Positions 1 to 8,357 of a stretch of DNA of 64,000 nt are shown here, piece after piece. Source of the DNA: Anaeromyxobacteraceae bacterium (GTDB taxonomy: Bacteria; Myxococcota; Myxococcia; Myxococcales; Anaeromyxobacteraceae); contig JASGHJ010000002.1 in assembly GCA_047602405.1 (NCBI GenBank), positions 3,040,001 through 3,104,000 on the forward strand, read 5' to 3'. Each line of letters opens with the position of its first letter. Within the stretch, counting starts at the first letter, position 1. A program made the position numbers and the translations under genes. Below the pieces are notes generated by a model. That model was not told the DNA's origin. It worked only from the letters and a program-made list of their open reading frames with translations, and did not search any database.

Positions 1-256
1 CGCCGGCGGGCGCCGGCACGGTGGCGCAGACCTTCGACCGGACCGGGATCCCGCCGTCGTGGGTGACCCCGGGCCGCCAGACCGTCCGCCGGGCGGCGGG
101 GATGACGTCCTTCCCGGCGCCCGGGCTGCCGAGCGGGAACGCGGCCACGACCGCCGCGTCGGGCGAGGCCTTGGCGGCCGTGGGGCGGCAGGCCGTCGCG
201 AGGACGGCGGCGACGGCCAGGGCCGCGGCGGCGGAGACGACGACGTGCAGGCGCAA
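1..256 (-). CDS. Secreted protein/lipoprotein, N-terminal part only (runs off the window start); possibly a beta-helix carbohydrate-active protein
   Basis: Not in the ORF track. GGAGG then TTG at 256. Translates (M)RLHVVVSAAAALAVAAVLATAC-RPTAAKASPD...VIPAARRTVWRPGVTHDGGIPVRSKVCATV: hydrophobic signal with lipobox-like LATAC. Function is a guess. Confidence 0.6.
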   Translation of the reverse strand, partial: MRLHVVVSAAAALAVAAVLATACRPTAAKASPDAAVVAAFPLGSPGAGKDVIPAARRTVWRPGVTHDGGIPVRSKVCATVPAPAG

Positions 257-357
257 GGGGGACCTCCGGAGGCGGCGAGTCTACAGCACGTCAGGAGGCC
301 TACCCGGCCGTCTCCGCTATTGATTTCGAGCGCCGGGTCGGGTACGAAGCGCCCTCC

Positions 358-672
358 ATGGCCGAGACGACCACCAAGACCAAGACCAAGAAGTCGGCGC
401 CGAAGGCGAAGGCCGCCGGCAAGAAGACCTGCACCGTCACCGGGTGCAAGCGCGCCTACCGTGCGAAGGGGCTCTGCTTCTTCCACTACAAGAAGTGGCG
501 CCGCGGCGAGCTCGAGGGCCGTCCGACCCGCTGGATCGGCGTCTGCTCGAAGGCCGAGTGCAAGAAGAAGGTCGCCGAGCACGGCCTCTGCCAGGAGCAC
601 TTCGAGGCCTGGAAGAAGAGCCGCAAGAAGAACCAGGCGAAGGCCGCGGCCGACGCCGCGCCGGCCGCCTAG
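358..672 (+). CDS. Small basic protein with two CxxxxC...CxxH repeats (resembles myxobacterial 'vegetative protein' type DNA-binding proteins)
   Basis: 104 aa, Lys/Ala-rich ends; CTVTGC..KGLCFFHY and CSKAEC..HGLCQEHF; strong G/C third-position codon bias. Confidence 0.75.
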   Translation: MAETTTKTKTKKSAPKAKAAGKKTCTVTGCKRAYRAKGLCFFHYKKWRRGELEGRPTRWIGVCSKAECKKKVAEHGLCQEHFEAWKKSRKKNQAKAAADAAPAA

Positions 673-706
673 GGCGACGGCCCGTGTGCTGCCGGGGTGG
701 GGCCCC

Positions 707-1384
707 ATGAGCTTTGCTCCGTGGGGCGGGGCGCGCCGAGCGCCCCGGAAGCACGGCATCGCCGCCTTCCTGGCCACCGCGCTCGCGGTGGCAGGGCCCG
801 CGTACGCCCAGGCCCCGCAGCCCGGCGCCGCGCCGGCGGCCGTCCCCGCCCAGGAGGTCCGCCGCGTCGGGCTCCTCCTGCGCATGGTGCTCGACGTCGG
901 TGGCGAGCAGCTCGGCGTCGTCAGCTACAGCGACGGCTCGAAGGCGAAGCTCCGCGCCGGCCAGCTCGGCACGTTCGCGGCCGGGTTCCTGTACCGCGCC
1001 GAGGCGCCCTGGGCCCTCGAGGCGACGTTCGGCTACAAGTTCGACCAGGCGAACGCCTCGAACGGCTCGGTGAAGTTCACCCGCCTGCCGGTCGACGTGA
1101 TCGCGTCCTACGCGCTCGACCGCCACCGCTTCGGCGTCGGGCCGACCCTCCACCTGTCGCCGAAGTACAGCTGCACGTTCGGCGCGACCGAGTGCCAGGG
1201 CGTGCGCGAGGTGAAGTTCGACACCGCGGTGGGCGGCATCGCGCAGTACGCCTTCCAGCTGCCCCGCGGCTCGTCGGGCTACGAGCTCGGCGCGCGCTTC
1301 ACCGTCGTGAAGTACAAGGCGTCCGGCGCCCTGCTGGAGCTCGACGGGAAGTCGTTCGGGTTCTTCTTCGGCGGGTGGCTCTGA
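707..1384 (+). CDS. Outer-membrane beta-barrel protein
   Basis: Signal peptide (..AVAGPAYAQ), alternating hydrophobic/aromatic strands, C-terminal FGFFFGGWL. ATG at 707 is in the 59..1384 frame. Confidence 0.7.
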   Translation: MSFAPWGGARRAPRKHGIAAFLATALAVAGPAYAQAPQPGAAPAAVPAQEVRRVGLLLRMVLDVGGEQLGVVSYSDGSKAKLRAGQLGTFAAGFLYRAEAPWALEATFGYKFDQANASNGSVKFTRLPVDVIASYALDRHRFGVGPTLHLSPKYSCTFGATECQGVREVKFDTAVGGIAQYAFQLPRGSSGYELGARFTVVKYKASGALLELDGKSFGFFFGGWL

Positions 1385-1433
1385 GCGGCGTCGTGGTCGC
1401 CCCGGGGCGACGCCGGCCCGCGCCCGTCGAGCG

Positions 1434-3431
1434 CTAGCCCATCCCCGCGAGCGCCCGCGCGAGGTCGCGCACGCGGTAGGGCTTCTGCACGAACGCGACC
1501 GCGCCCGCGTCGAGGACCTCCTGCGCGACGCCGTCGCGGTCGAAGCCGCTCGAGACGACGACCCGCAGCTCCGGCCGCAACGCCCGCATCCTGCGGAAGG
1601 CCTCCGCGCCGGCCATCCCCGGCATGGAGAGGTCGAGCACCACGGCCGCGAGCGGCCCGGGGTTGGCGGCGAGCCAGTCGAGCGCCTCCTGCCCGCCGCC
1701 CAGGGGCACCGGCTCGTAGCCGAGCGACTCGAGCACGCGCGCCCCGGCGCGCCGCACCGCCTCCTCGTCGTCGACGACGAGCACGCGGCCGTGGCCCCGC
1801 GGCGACGGGACCTCGGCGGCGTCCCCCGCCGCGTCGGCGGCGGGCGCGAGCGGCAGGCGCACGCGGAACCGCGTCCCCGCGCCGGGCGCGCTCTCCACCG
1901 TCACCGCGCCGCCGTGCACCTTCAGGATCCCGTACACGGTCGAGAGGCCGAGCCCGGTCCCCTTGCCCTCCGACTTCGTGGTGAAGAACGGGTCGAAGAT
2001 CCGCTCGAGGTGCTCCGGCGCGATGCCGACGCCGGTGTCGGAGACCTCGAGCACGAGCGTCCGCGCGGCGGCGTCCACCGAGGTCTCGAGCGCGAGCGTG
2101 CCGCCGGAGGGCATCGCGTCGCGGGCGTTCACGGCGAGGTTGAGGATCACCTGCTGCAGCTGCCCGGGGTCGCCCCGCACGGTGGACGGCTGCGCGTGGA
2201 GGCGCGCCTCGACGCGGATCGACTTGTCGAGCGTGCGCGAGAGCAGCGCGACCACCTCTCGCACGAGGAGGTGGAGGTCGACCGCCTCCTCCCGGCGCGG
2301 GCCCATGCGCGCGAAGGCGAGGAGCTGGCGGGTGAGCTCCGCCGCGCGGGTGGCCGCCTTCGTGATGGTGGTGGTGGCCTCCTCCTGCAGCGTGCCCGGC
2401 TTCGCCTCCTCGCGCAGGAGCTCGGAGTAGCTGAGGATGCCCACGAGCAGGTTGTTGAAGTCGTGGGCGACCCCGCCGGCGAGGAGCCCCACGGCCTCGA
2501 GCTTCTGCGACTGGCGGTGGGCCTCCTCGGCGCGGCGCTGCGCCTCGTGCGCCTCCTTCAGCTCGGCCGTGCGCGCGTCCACCTCGCGGCGCAGGATCCC
2601 GGGGAGCGCCAGGACCCGGTAGGCGAGCAGCGCCGCGAGCAGCGCGAGCAGGACCGCGCCGATCACGAGCCCCACCGTGACACCACCTCCCCAGCCGGCG
2701 CGGGGCTCGACCGCGAGCCGCCAGGCCTGCCCCGAGATCGCGAGCTCCACGGTCACCGGGTCGCGCAGCGGCTGGCCGCCGGGCGCCGTCGTGTGGAGGA
2801 GCTGGTCGGCGGCGCCGCCGTTCACCCGCACGAGCTGGAAGTCGTAGCCCGCGGGCGGCAGCTGGGTGAGGTGGCTCCGCTCGAGCAGCACCTCCTCGCG
2901 CACGATCGCGCTCACGAGCCCCCAGAAGCGGTCGCCGGCGGGCCCCTGGATCCAGACCGGCACGCGGACGGCCAGCGCTTGGCCACCCTGCATGAGCTCG
3001 AAGGGCCCGTAGACCAGCGGCCGCCGCTCGTCGCGCGCCCGGCGCGCGAACGGGCCGTGGATCGGGTGCTCGAGCAGGTGGAGCCCGAGGGCGCGCTCGT
3101 TGCCCGCGAGCGGCCACGAGTGGCGGATGATCCCGTCGGGCGCGAGCTGGAGGATGGCCCCGCTGCCGGTGAGCACGAGCAGGCGCCGGGCGACCCCGTC
3201 GAGCTCGGCCTCGGAGGCGCCCTCGGCGACCATCGCGCCGAGCGCGCCGGCCGCGAGGTTGGATCTCGAGAACTCCTGCTCGACGGCGACGCCCGCGGCG
3301 CGCGCGAGCTCGAGCGCCGCCGCGCGCCGCTCGGCACGGTCGACGCTCCCGGCCTGGTGGAGCACCGCCGCCCCCGCGGCCAGGGCCACGAGGAAGACGA
3401 GCACCGCGGTGAGGAGCGCGCCTCGTTGCAT
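1434..3431 (-). CDS. Hybrid sensor histidine kinase (CHASE-like periplasmic domain, HisKA, HATPase, receiver)
   Basis: H-box GGVAHDFNNLL, N-box LNLAVNARDAM, DTGVGI, FDPFFTTK, GTGLGL; REC with VVDDE/VLDLSMP/VQKP. Start MQRGALL at 3431 after GAGGGA. Confidence 0.9.
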   Translation of the reverse strand: MQRGALLTAVLVFLVALAAGAAVLHQAGSVDRAERRAAALELARAAGVAVEQEFSRSNLAAGALGAMVAEGASEAELDGVARRLLVLTGSGAILQLAPDGIIRHSWPLAGNERALGLHLLEHPIHGPFARRARDERRPLVYGPFELMQGGQALAVRVPVWIQGPAGDRFWGLVSAIVREEVLLERSHLTQLPPAGYDFQLVRVNGGAADQLLHTTAPGGQPLRDPVTVELAISGQAWRLAVEPRAGWGGGVTVGLVIGAVLLALLAALLAYRVLALPGILRREVDARTAELKEAHEAQRRAEEAHRQSQKLEAVGLLAGGVAHDFNNLLVGILSYSELLREEAKPGTLQEEATTTITKAATRAAELTRQLLAFARMGPRREEAVDLHLLVREVVALLSRTLDKSIRVEARLHAQPSTVRGDPGQLQQVILNLAVNARDAMPSGGTLALETSVDAAARTLVLEVSDTGVGIAPEHLERIFDPFFTTKSEGKGTGLGLSTVYGILKVHGGAVTVESAPGAGTRFRVRLPLAPAADAAGDAAEVPSPRGHGRVLVVDDEEAVRRAGARVLESLGYEPVPLGGGQEALDWLAANPGPLAAVVLDLSMPGMAGAEAFRRMRALRPELRVVVSSGFDRDGVAQEVLDAGAVAFVQKPYRVRDLARALAGMG

Positions 3432-3621
3432 CGGTGGAGGTCCCTCGTCTCGAGCGCAGCTGCGGGGCCATTGTGGCCTCACCTGGGCCCGGCCGGGTAG
3501 TCCCCTGCGCTTCGATCCGTGGGACGGGGGGTGTGGGCAGCCTCAGCGCTGCCCGATCACGAGCCGGAGGGCGGTGAGCGCGGCCAGCGCCCGGGGCGAG
3601 CGGCACCGGCGACGTGGCGCC

Positions 3622-5598
3622 TCAGACCCGCTCGCTGCGCCTCCTCCCGAACTGGCCGTCCTTCCAGACGACGCCGTTCACGCGGAACTCGACGGCGTCG
3701 GGGAAGATGCCGGTGATGGTCGCGAAGCCCTCGTGGACCACGACGAGGTGGTGGTAGGCGCAGAGCGGCATCCGGTTCCAGTCGTCCTCCGAGCCGCCGC
3801 GGCTGCGAAACTCGATGTGGTGGCCCTGGCAGCTCCGGCGGCTGCAGCCCGGGAACTGGCAGCGCCGGTACTTCGCGCGCTGCTTCTGGGAGACGGTCTT
3901 CGGCTTCGTGCGCTCGTTGCACCAGGCCTGGATGAAGTGGCGGGCGAGCTCGCCGAGGAAGGGTCCGTCGAGGCGGGGCTCGGCGGGCGGCTCGGCGGGC
4001 GGCTTCGGCGTTCCCTTGTCCTTCCCGTGCTTTCCGTCGTGCTCGCACCCATCCACGCAGGGGGCTGATTCCTCTGTGGGGCGCTCCTCCGGCACCCGCC
4101 TCATCAGCGACACCTGGAACGCCTGCTCGAGCAGCACCGCGACGCTCCGCGGCACCCGGGCCTCGAAGAACTTCAGCGCAGACATCTGCGCGTCGGACTT
4201 CGCCTGGATCGCCTCCCGGAGCTCGATGACCGTGAGCTTCTCGGCCCGCTGCGCCATCTGGAGGAGGTCGACCTGGGGCACCTCCTTCAGGAGGAGGAGC
4301 TTCGAGTAGGTGAGCCCCATCTCCTTCGCGATCCGGAGCTCCGGCTTCTCCCAGAGGTGCTTCTCGAGCGCGGCGCGGGTCTCGATGGTGCGGGCCGGGA
4401 CCCCGAGGCGCTCGGTCGCGTAGTGCCGGAAGTCCACGAACCCCGCCTCGCGGTGGGTGTGCGTGCCCTTCACGACGGCCGAGCACCACCCCATGAAGTC
4501 GTCCCAGGCCTTGAGCTCGGAGGCGATGCCGAGGCCCGTCGCCATGAGCTCGTCGTCCGTGGCGAGGGCGTTCGGATCGACGTCGAGGGCCGCGACGGCG
4601 TGGACCGGGTCGAGGTACTCCCAGTGGGAGGTCTCGTCCTCGAGCTTCGCCTCCGCGGCGTCGCGCTTCGTCTGGACGTCGAGCGGGTGGAGCCGCCGCT
4701 CCACCGCCCGCTCCGCCTCGGCGGCGACCGACTCGTCTCCCGGGTGCTCCGACAGGTACTCCTGCGCGAGCGCCTCGAGCTGCACGTGCCGGTGCGAGCT
4801 CTCGACGAGCTCGCCCGCGAGGGCCATGGCGCTGCGGAGATCCGCGTGGTCCTCGTCGGAGATCGGCACGCGCAGCCGGACCCACGGCTCCTCGTCCGCC
4901 TCCGCCTGCTCTGCGGCCGCATCCGGCCCCGGCAGCGACTTCCGCTCCTTCAGGGCCTCCTTCACGAGCTGCTTCAGCTTCCGGACCGGCTGGACCTTCG
5001 CCTCCTCCACCCAGCGCTCCTCGTCGTCGCCGGCCGCGACCGGCAGGACCGCGAGCGCCGCCGACGGGGTCACGAGCCCCTCGTACGCAGCGGCCCTCAG
5101 CAAGGGCCGCTCCCGGAGCGCCTTCGCGAGCTGCGCCGCCACCTGCGCCGCGCGCCGGCGGACGCCGAAGAGGTTCTCGGTGAGGTCGCCGAGGTTCGAG
5201 AACCCCTGCCGGGCGAGGCGGTCACCCTCCGTGAACGTGGCGAAGATCGCGCCGAGGCTGAGCTCGAGCGCGCTGCGCATGCAGGCGGCCTGCGCGAGCG
5301 CGCGCTCGAACTTCTCCGGGCCGCCCTCGCCGCGGAGGACCAGCTCTCGAAGCTCGAGCATCGTGAAAGACGGGTACTCCCAGCGCGGCGCGTGCAGGTC
5401 CCAGCGCTCGCGGAGCGGATCCCCGCGGGCGGGTTCGTTCGCGGCGGCTACGGTCGCGGCGGCTACGGTCGCGGCGACTACGGTCGCGGCGGGTTCGTTC
5501 GCGGCGGCGTCGTTCGCGGCCGCGCCCGTCGGCTCGGCACCCGGAGTGAACTCCGGGAGCGCCGCAGCGACGAGCTCGCTGGCCGTGCACGCGTCCAT
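3622..5598 (-). CDS. DUF222-like / HNH endonuclease protein
   Basis: C-terminal RCQFPGC..GHHIEFRSRGGSEDDWNRMPLCAYHH..VH is an HNH motif with Zn ligands; long helical N-terminal region with two related segments. Confidence 0.85.
   Translation of the reverse strand: MDACTASELVAAALPEFTPGAEPTGAAANDAAANEPAATVVAATVAAATVAAANEPARGDPLRERWDLHAPRWEYPSFTMLELRELVLRGEGGPEKFERALAQAACMRSALELSLGAIFATFTEGDRLARQGFSNLGDLTENLFGVRRRAAQVAAQLAKALRERPLLRAAAYEGLVTPSAALAVLPVAAGDDEERWVEEAKVQPVRKLKQLVKEALKERKSLPGPDAAAEQAEADEEPWVRLRVPISDEDHADLRSAMALAGELVESSHRHVQLEALAQEYLSEHPGDESVAAEAERAVERRLHPLDVQTKRDAAEAKLEDETSHWEYLDPVHAVAALDVDPNALATDDELMATGLGIASELKAWDDFMGWCSAVVKGTHTHREAGFVDFRHYATERLGVPARTIETRAALEKHLWEKPELRIAKEMGLTYSKLLLLKEVPQVDLLQMAQRAEKLTVIELREAIQAKSDAQMSALKFFEARVPRSVAVLLEQAFQVSLMRRVPEERPTEESAPCVDGCEHDGKHGKDKGTPKPPAEPPAEPRLDGPFLGELARHFIQAWCNERTKPKTVSQKQRAKYRRCQFPGCSRRSCQGHHIEFRSRGGSEDDWNRMPLCAYHHLVVVHEGFATITGIFPDAVEFRVNGVVWKDGQFGRRRSERV
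5431..5520. repeat. Six degenerate 15-bp tandem repeats within the HNH gene 5' end
   Basis: Units gggttcgttcgcggc / ggctacggtcgcggc x2 / gactacggtcgcggc / gggttcgttcgcggc / ggcgtcgttcgcggc; encode AANDA-AANEP-AATVV-AATVA-AATVA-AANEP. Confidence 0.9.
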
Positions 5599-5648
5599 GC
5601 CCGCGATCCTGCCACCCCGGTCTGACGGTGAGATCGCACGATCCGGCT

Positions 5649-5673
5649 GGGGCTCAGGGCTGATCTGAGCCCC
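5649..5673. other. Perfect 9-bp inverted repeat upstream of the HNH gene
   Basis: GGGGCTCAG-ggctgat-CTGAGCCCC. Confidence 0.7.
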
Positions 5674-5684
5674 CGGACCCCTGT

Positions 5685-5732
5685 CCCTCGTCTCCGCCCC
5701 CGCTGCGCGGGGGCTACGCTCGGGACGGACGG
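5685..5732. repeat. REP-like dispersed hairpin element, copy 1
   Basis: CCCTCGTCTCC-GCCCCCGC-tgc-GCGGGGGC-TACGCTCGGG-acggacgg; same flanks as the copy at 31957-32004. Confidence 0.85.
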
Positions 5733-5821
5733 GGGGAGGAGAACCCCACCGCCGCGGGCGGGGTCACGTCTACCTCCGGAGGAGCGAGGGACGGACGGGG
5801 GCGGAGAGGGACGGACGGGGG
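5722..5821. repeat. Three copies of GGGACGGACGGGGG
   Basis: Exact 14-mers at 5722, 5788 and 5808. Confidence 0.85.
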
Positions 5822-5828
5822 AGGGTTG

Positions 5829-5890
5829 GATGCGCAGACGTCTGCGCCGGCCCTCGGGAGCCCGCGCCTGATGCGCAGATGTCTGCACCG
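5829..5890. promoter_or_regulatory. Pair of 21-bp palindromic direct repeats (operator-like)
   Basis: GATGCGCAGACGTCTGCGCCG (5829-5849) and GATGCGCAGATGTCTGCACCG (5870-5890), 20-bp spacer. The repeat is directly visible; a regulatory role is inferred. Confidence 0.6.
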
Positions 5891-5943
5891 AGCATCGACC
5901 CTCCGGTCGTCCCGGGCGGCTGGCCCCGCCCGGGCACCGCCGG

Positions 5944-6075
5944 ACGTGGATCGTGCCGTCTCCGCCGCCCACGACCACGTCCGTCGCGCCCCGCTGGAGC
6001 TCGTCGGAGATCCAGGCCGGGAGCGCGGCGTGCGCGGGCGTTGACGAGGAGCACCACGCGCCGGGCCCGGTCCAC
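5944..6075 (-). pseudogene. Remnant of a diacylglycerol/lipid kinase (DAGK/YegS-like) gene
   Basis: VDRARRVVLLVNARARR, then after a frame change LPAWISDELQRGATDVVVGGGDGTI (GGDGT ATP-binding motif), then similarity is lost. Confidence 0.6.
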
Positions 6076-6111
6076 CCGGAGAGGCTGGTCCCGGGAGCGC
6101 CGCCCCGGGAG

Positions 6112-6888
6112 TCACCCCTCCACGACGAGCTCGAGCAACCCGACCGCGGTCTCCGCGTGCACGTCGAGCACCGGGGTGCGCCCAGCCACCGCCGCCTCGG
6201 TCCATAACGCGCCCGCGCGCTTCGTGAGGCCGTCGCCGATCTGCAGCCCGCCCACCACCGAAGAGGCCTCGATCCGCGCGGGCGTGGAGCCGGGGACCGC
6301 CACCCGCACGGCGGCGACGCCCGCGTCGAGCCGGGCCCGGGCGTCCCGCGCGAGCGCGCCCCCGAAGTGGGCGGTGCAGCGCGCGGCCCCGCCGGCCACG
6401 ACGAGCTCGGCGAAGCCCGCGTTGCACAGGTTGCGCAGCTCGATCGACGCGGCGCCCGCCTCCACGCGCAGCTCGCCGAGCCCCGGGGGGCACGGGCGGG
6501 AGAAGTCGAGCCGCAGGCGCCCCGCGGCCTGCCGGATCGCGATCCGGGTCAGGGGCAGGCCGCCGAGGTCGAGCGTCACGTCGGACGCGCCCGAGTCGAG
6601 CTCGAGCGCGAACGGCCGCGACGAGCCGAGCGCAAGGTCGAACGCGGGCGTCCCGCCCGAGAGGAGCTCGAACGTCCGGGCGACCTCGTAGCGCTGCGAG
6701 ACCGTGACCTTCCCGCCGTCCACCGCGACGGTCGGAGGGATGGCGCCCGACGGCTCGTCGTACGTGCCGCTCACGAGGAGCGGCCCCTCGCCCGCCGACG
6801 CACGGGCGCGACAGGCGGCGACCGCGAGCCGGAGCACCAGCGGCTCGGCGGAGGGGTACGGGATCTCGAGGCGCGGAGGGGAGGCCAT
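6112..6888 (-). CDS. Hypothetical protein with repeated beta-solenoid-like units (toast-rack/LiaF-like)
   Basis: 258 aa, AGGAG RBS; repeats LELDSGASDVTLDL / LRVEAGAASIEL / LDAGVAAVRV. Confidence 0.7.
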   Translation of the reverse strand: MASPPRLEIPYPSAEPLVLRLAVAACRARASAGEGPLLVSGTYDEPSGAIPPTVAVDGGKVTVSQRYEVARTFELLSGGTPAFDLALGSSRPFALELDSGASDVTLDLGGLPLTRIAIRQAAGRLRLDFSRPCPPGLGELRVEAGAASIELRNLCNAGFAELVVAGGAARCTAHFGGALARDARARLDAGVAAVRVAVPGSTPARIEASSVVGGLQIGDGLTKRAGALWTEAAVAGRTPVLDVHAETAVGLLELVVEG

Positions 6889-7046
6889 GGTCAGCTCCTG
6901 GTGCGGCCGGAACGCGGAGAAGGAGAACTTACTCCCGCCGGCCCTTCGGGGGCGGCGCGGCCCGTCGGGTTGCGGCCTCCCGCCGCGCTCGTCATGGGTG
7001 AGAGGCCTCCGCCCGAGCGGAGGCGGTCCAACGGAAGGAGCCTCGC

Positions 7047-7238
7047 ATGAAGAACGTCGTCCGTGCCCTCGCCGCCCTGGCCGTCGTCGCGCTCGCGACC
7101 CCGGCCCTCGCCTGCGACGGCGCCAAGAAGGAGACCACCGCCGCCGCCCAGCAGCAGAAGAAGGAGAAGAAGGCGCCGGAGCACGCGGTCAAGACCGCCC
7201 AGGCGCAGCCGAAGCCCGCCGCCCAGAAGCAGAACTAG
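7047..7238 (+). CDS. Small secreted Lys/Ala/Gln-rich protein
   Basis: AAGGAG RBS, signal peptide ending PALA-C, host-like codon usage. Confidence 0.75.
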   Translation: MKNVVRALAALAVVALATPALACDGAKKETTAAAQQQKKEKKAPEHAVKTAQAQPKPAAQKQN

Positions 7239-7257
7239 GGGCCCGCTTCGCCCGAGG

Positions 7258-7295
7258 AGGCCGCGTCCGGCGATGCCGGCGCGGCCTCTTCCTCA
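7258..7295 (+). terminator. Putative terminator hairpin
   Basis: GAGGCCGCG(t)CCGGC-gat-GCCGGCGCGGCCTC followed by a pyrimidine-rich tract, just after the 7238 stop. Confidence 0.5.
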
Positions 7296-7391
7296 TTCAC
7301 TCAACGTCCAGCACCTCACCGCCCCGGCCTGCGCAACTCGCAGCGCCGGGACGAGCCCCGCCGGCTCGCGCGCGTTAGGACCCTCACCCGC

Positions 7392-8357
7392 ATGACGAAC
7401 GCCATCGAGACGAGCGGCCTCGTGAAGCACTTCGGCGAGACCCACGCCCTGAACGGCGTGGATCTCGCCATCCGCCGGGGGGCCATCTACGGCCTCCTCG
7501 GCCCGAACGGGGCGGGCAAGACCACCACCATCCGGATCCTGGCCACGCTGCTCAGGCCCGGGGCCGGGACCGCCCGCGTGCTCGGCCACGACGTCGTGCA
7601 CGAGGCGGCCGAGGTGCGGCGCAAGGTGAGCCTGACGGGCCAGTTCGCCTCGGTGGACGAGGACCTGACCGGCCAGGAGAACCTCGTGCTCGTCGGCAGG
7701 CTCCTCGGGCTCTCGTGGCGCGACGCCCGCCGGCGCGGGGAGGAGCTCCTCGGCGCGTTCGGCCTCTCCGAGCTCGCCGGCCGGCAGGCCTCGACCTACT
7801 CCGGCGGCGAGCGGCGCCGGCTCGACATCGCCGCGAGCCTCGTCGCGGTGCCCGAGATCCTCTTCCTGGACGAGCCGACGACCGGCCTCGACCCGCGCAG
7901 CCGCTCGGCGGTCTGGGAGCTCGTGCGCCGCATCGCCGCCGAGGGCACGACCGTCCTCCTCACGACGCAGTACCTGGAGGAGGCCGACCGGCTCGCCGAG
8001 CGGCTCGCGGTGATCGACCACGGCCGGGTCATCGCCGAGGGCACGAGCCGGGAGCTCAAGGCCTCGGTCGGCTCGAACGCGCTCCACCTCGAGCTCGCCG
8101 ACGCGGGGCAGCGCGACGAGGCCCGCCGGATCATCACCAGAGTGCTCGGCGACGGCGTCCTCCCCTCGTCCGCGGAGCCGGCCGAGCTCGCGGTGCGGCT
8201 CGCGCGGACGGCCGACGCGGCGGCGGTGGTCTCGGCGCTCTCCGAGGGCGGCGTCGAGCTCACGCAGCTCACGGTGGGCAACCCGAGCCTCGACGAGGTG
8301 TTCCTCGCGCTCACCGGCCGCGCGACCGAGGCGGCGACCGAGGGGGCCGCGCGATGA
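7392..8357 (+). CDS. ABC exporter ATP-binding subunit (DrrA-like)
   Basis: GPNGAGKTT, YSGGERRR, LFLDEPTTGLDP, LTTQYLEEAD. Confidence 0.92.
   Translation: MTNAIETSGLVKHFGETHALNGVDLAIRRGAIYGLLGPNGAGKTTTIRILATLLRPGAGTARVLGHDVVHEAAEVRRKVSLTGQFASVDEDLTGQENLVLVGRLLGLSWRDARRRGEELLGAFGLSELAGRQASTYSGGERRRLDIAASLVAVPEILFLDEPTTGLDPRSRSAVWELVRRIAAEGTTVLLTTQYLEEADRLAERLAVIDHGRVIAEGTSRELKASVGSNALHLELADAGQRDEARRIITRVLGDGVLPSSAEPAELAVRLARTADAAAVVSALSEGGVELTQLTVGNPSLDEVFLALTGRATEAATEGAAR

Noticed and set aside
3514..3527. TCCGTGGGACGG shared between the kinase upstream region and ~48837-48848
   Set aside because: Short GC-rich match in two unrelated contexts; could be chance.
5829..5890. 21-bp repeat pair as a mini-CRISPR array
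   Set aside because: Only two non-identical repeats with a 20-nt spacer and no cas genes; reported as an operator-like motif instead.
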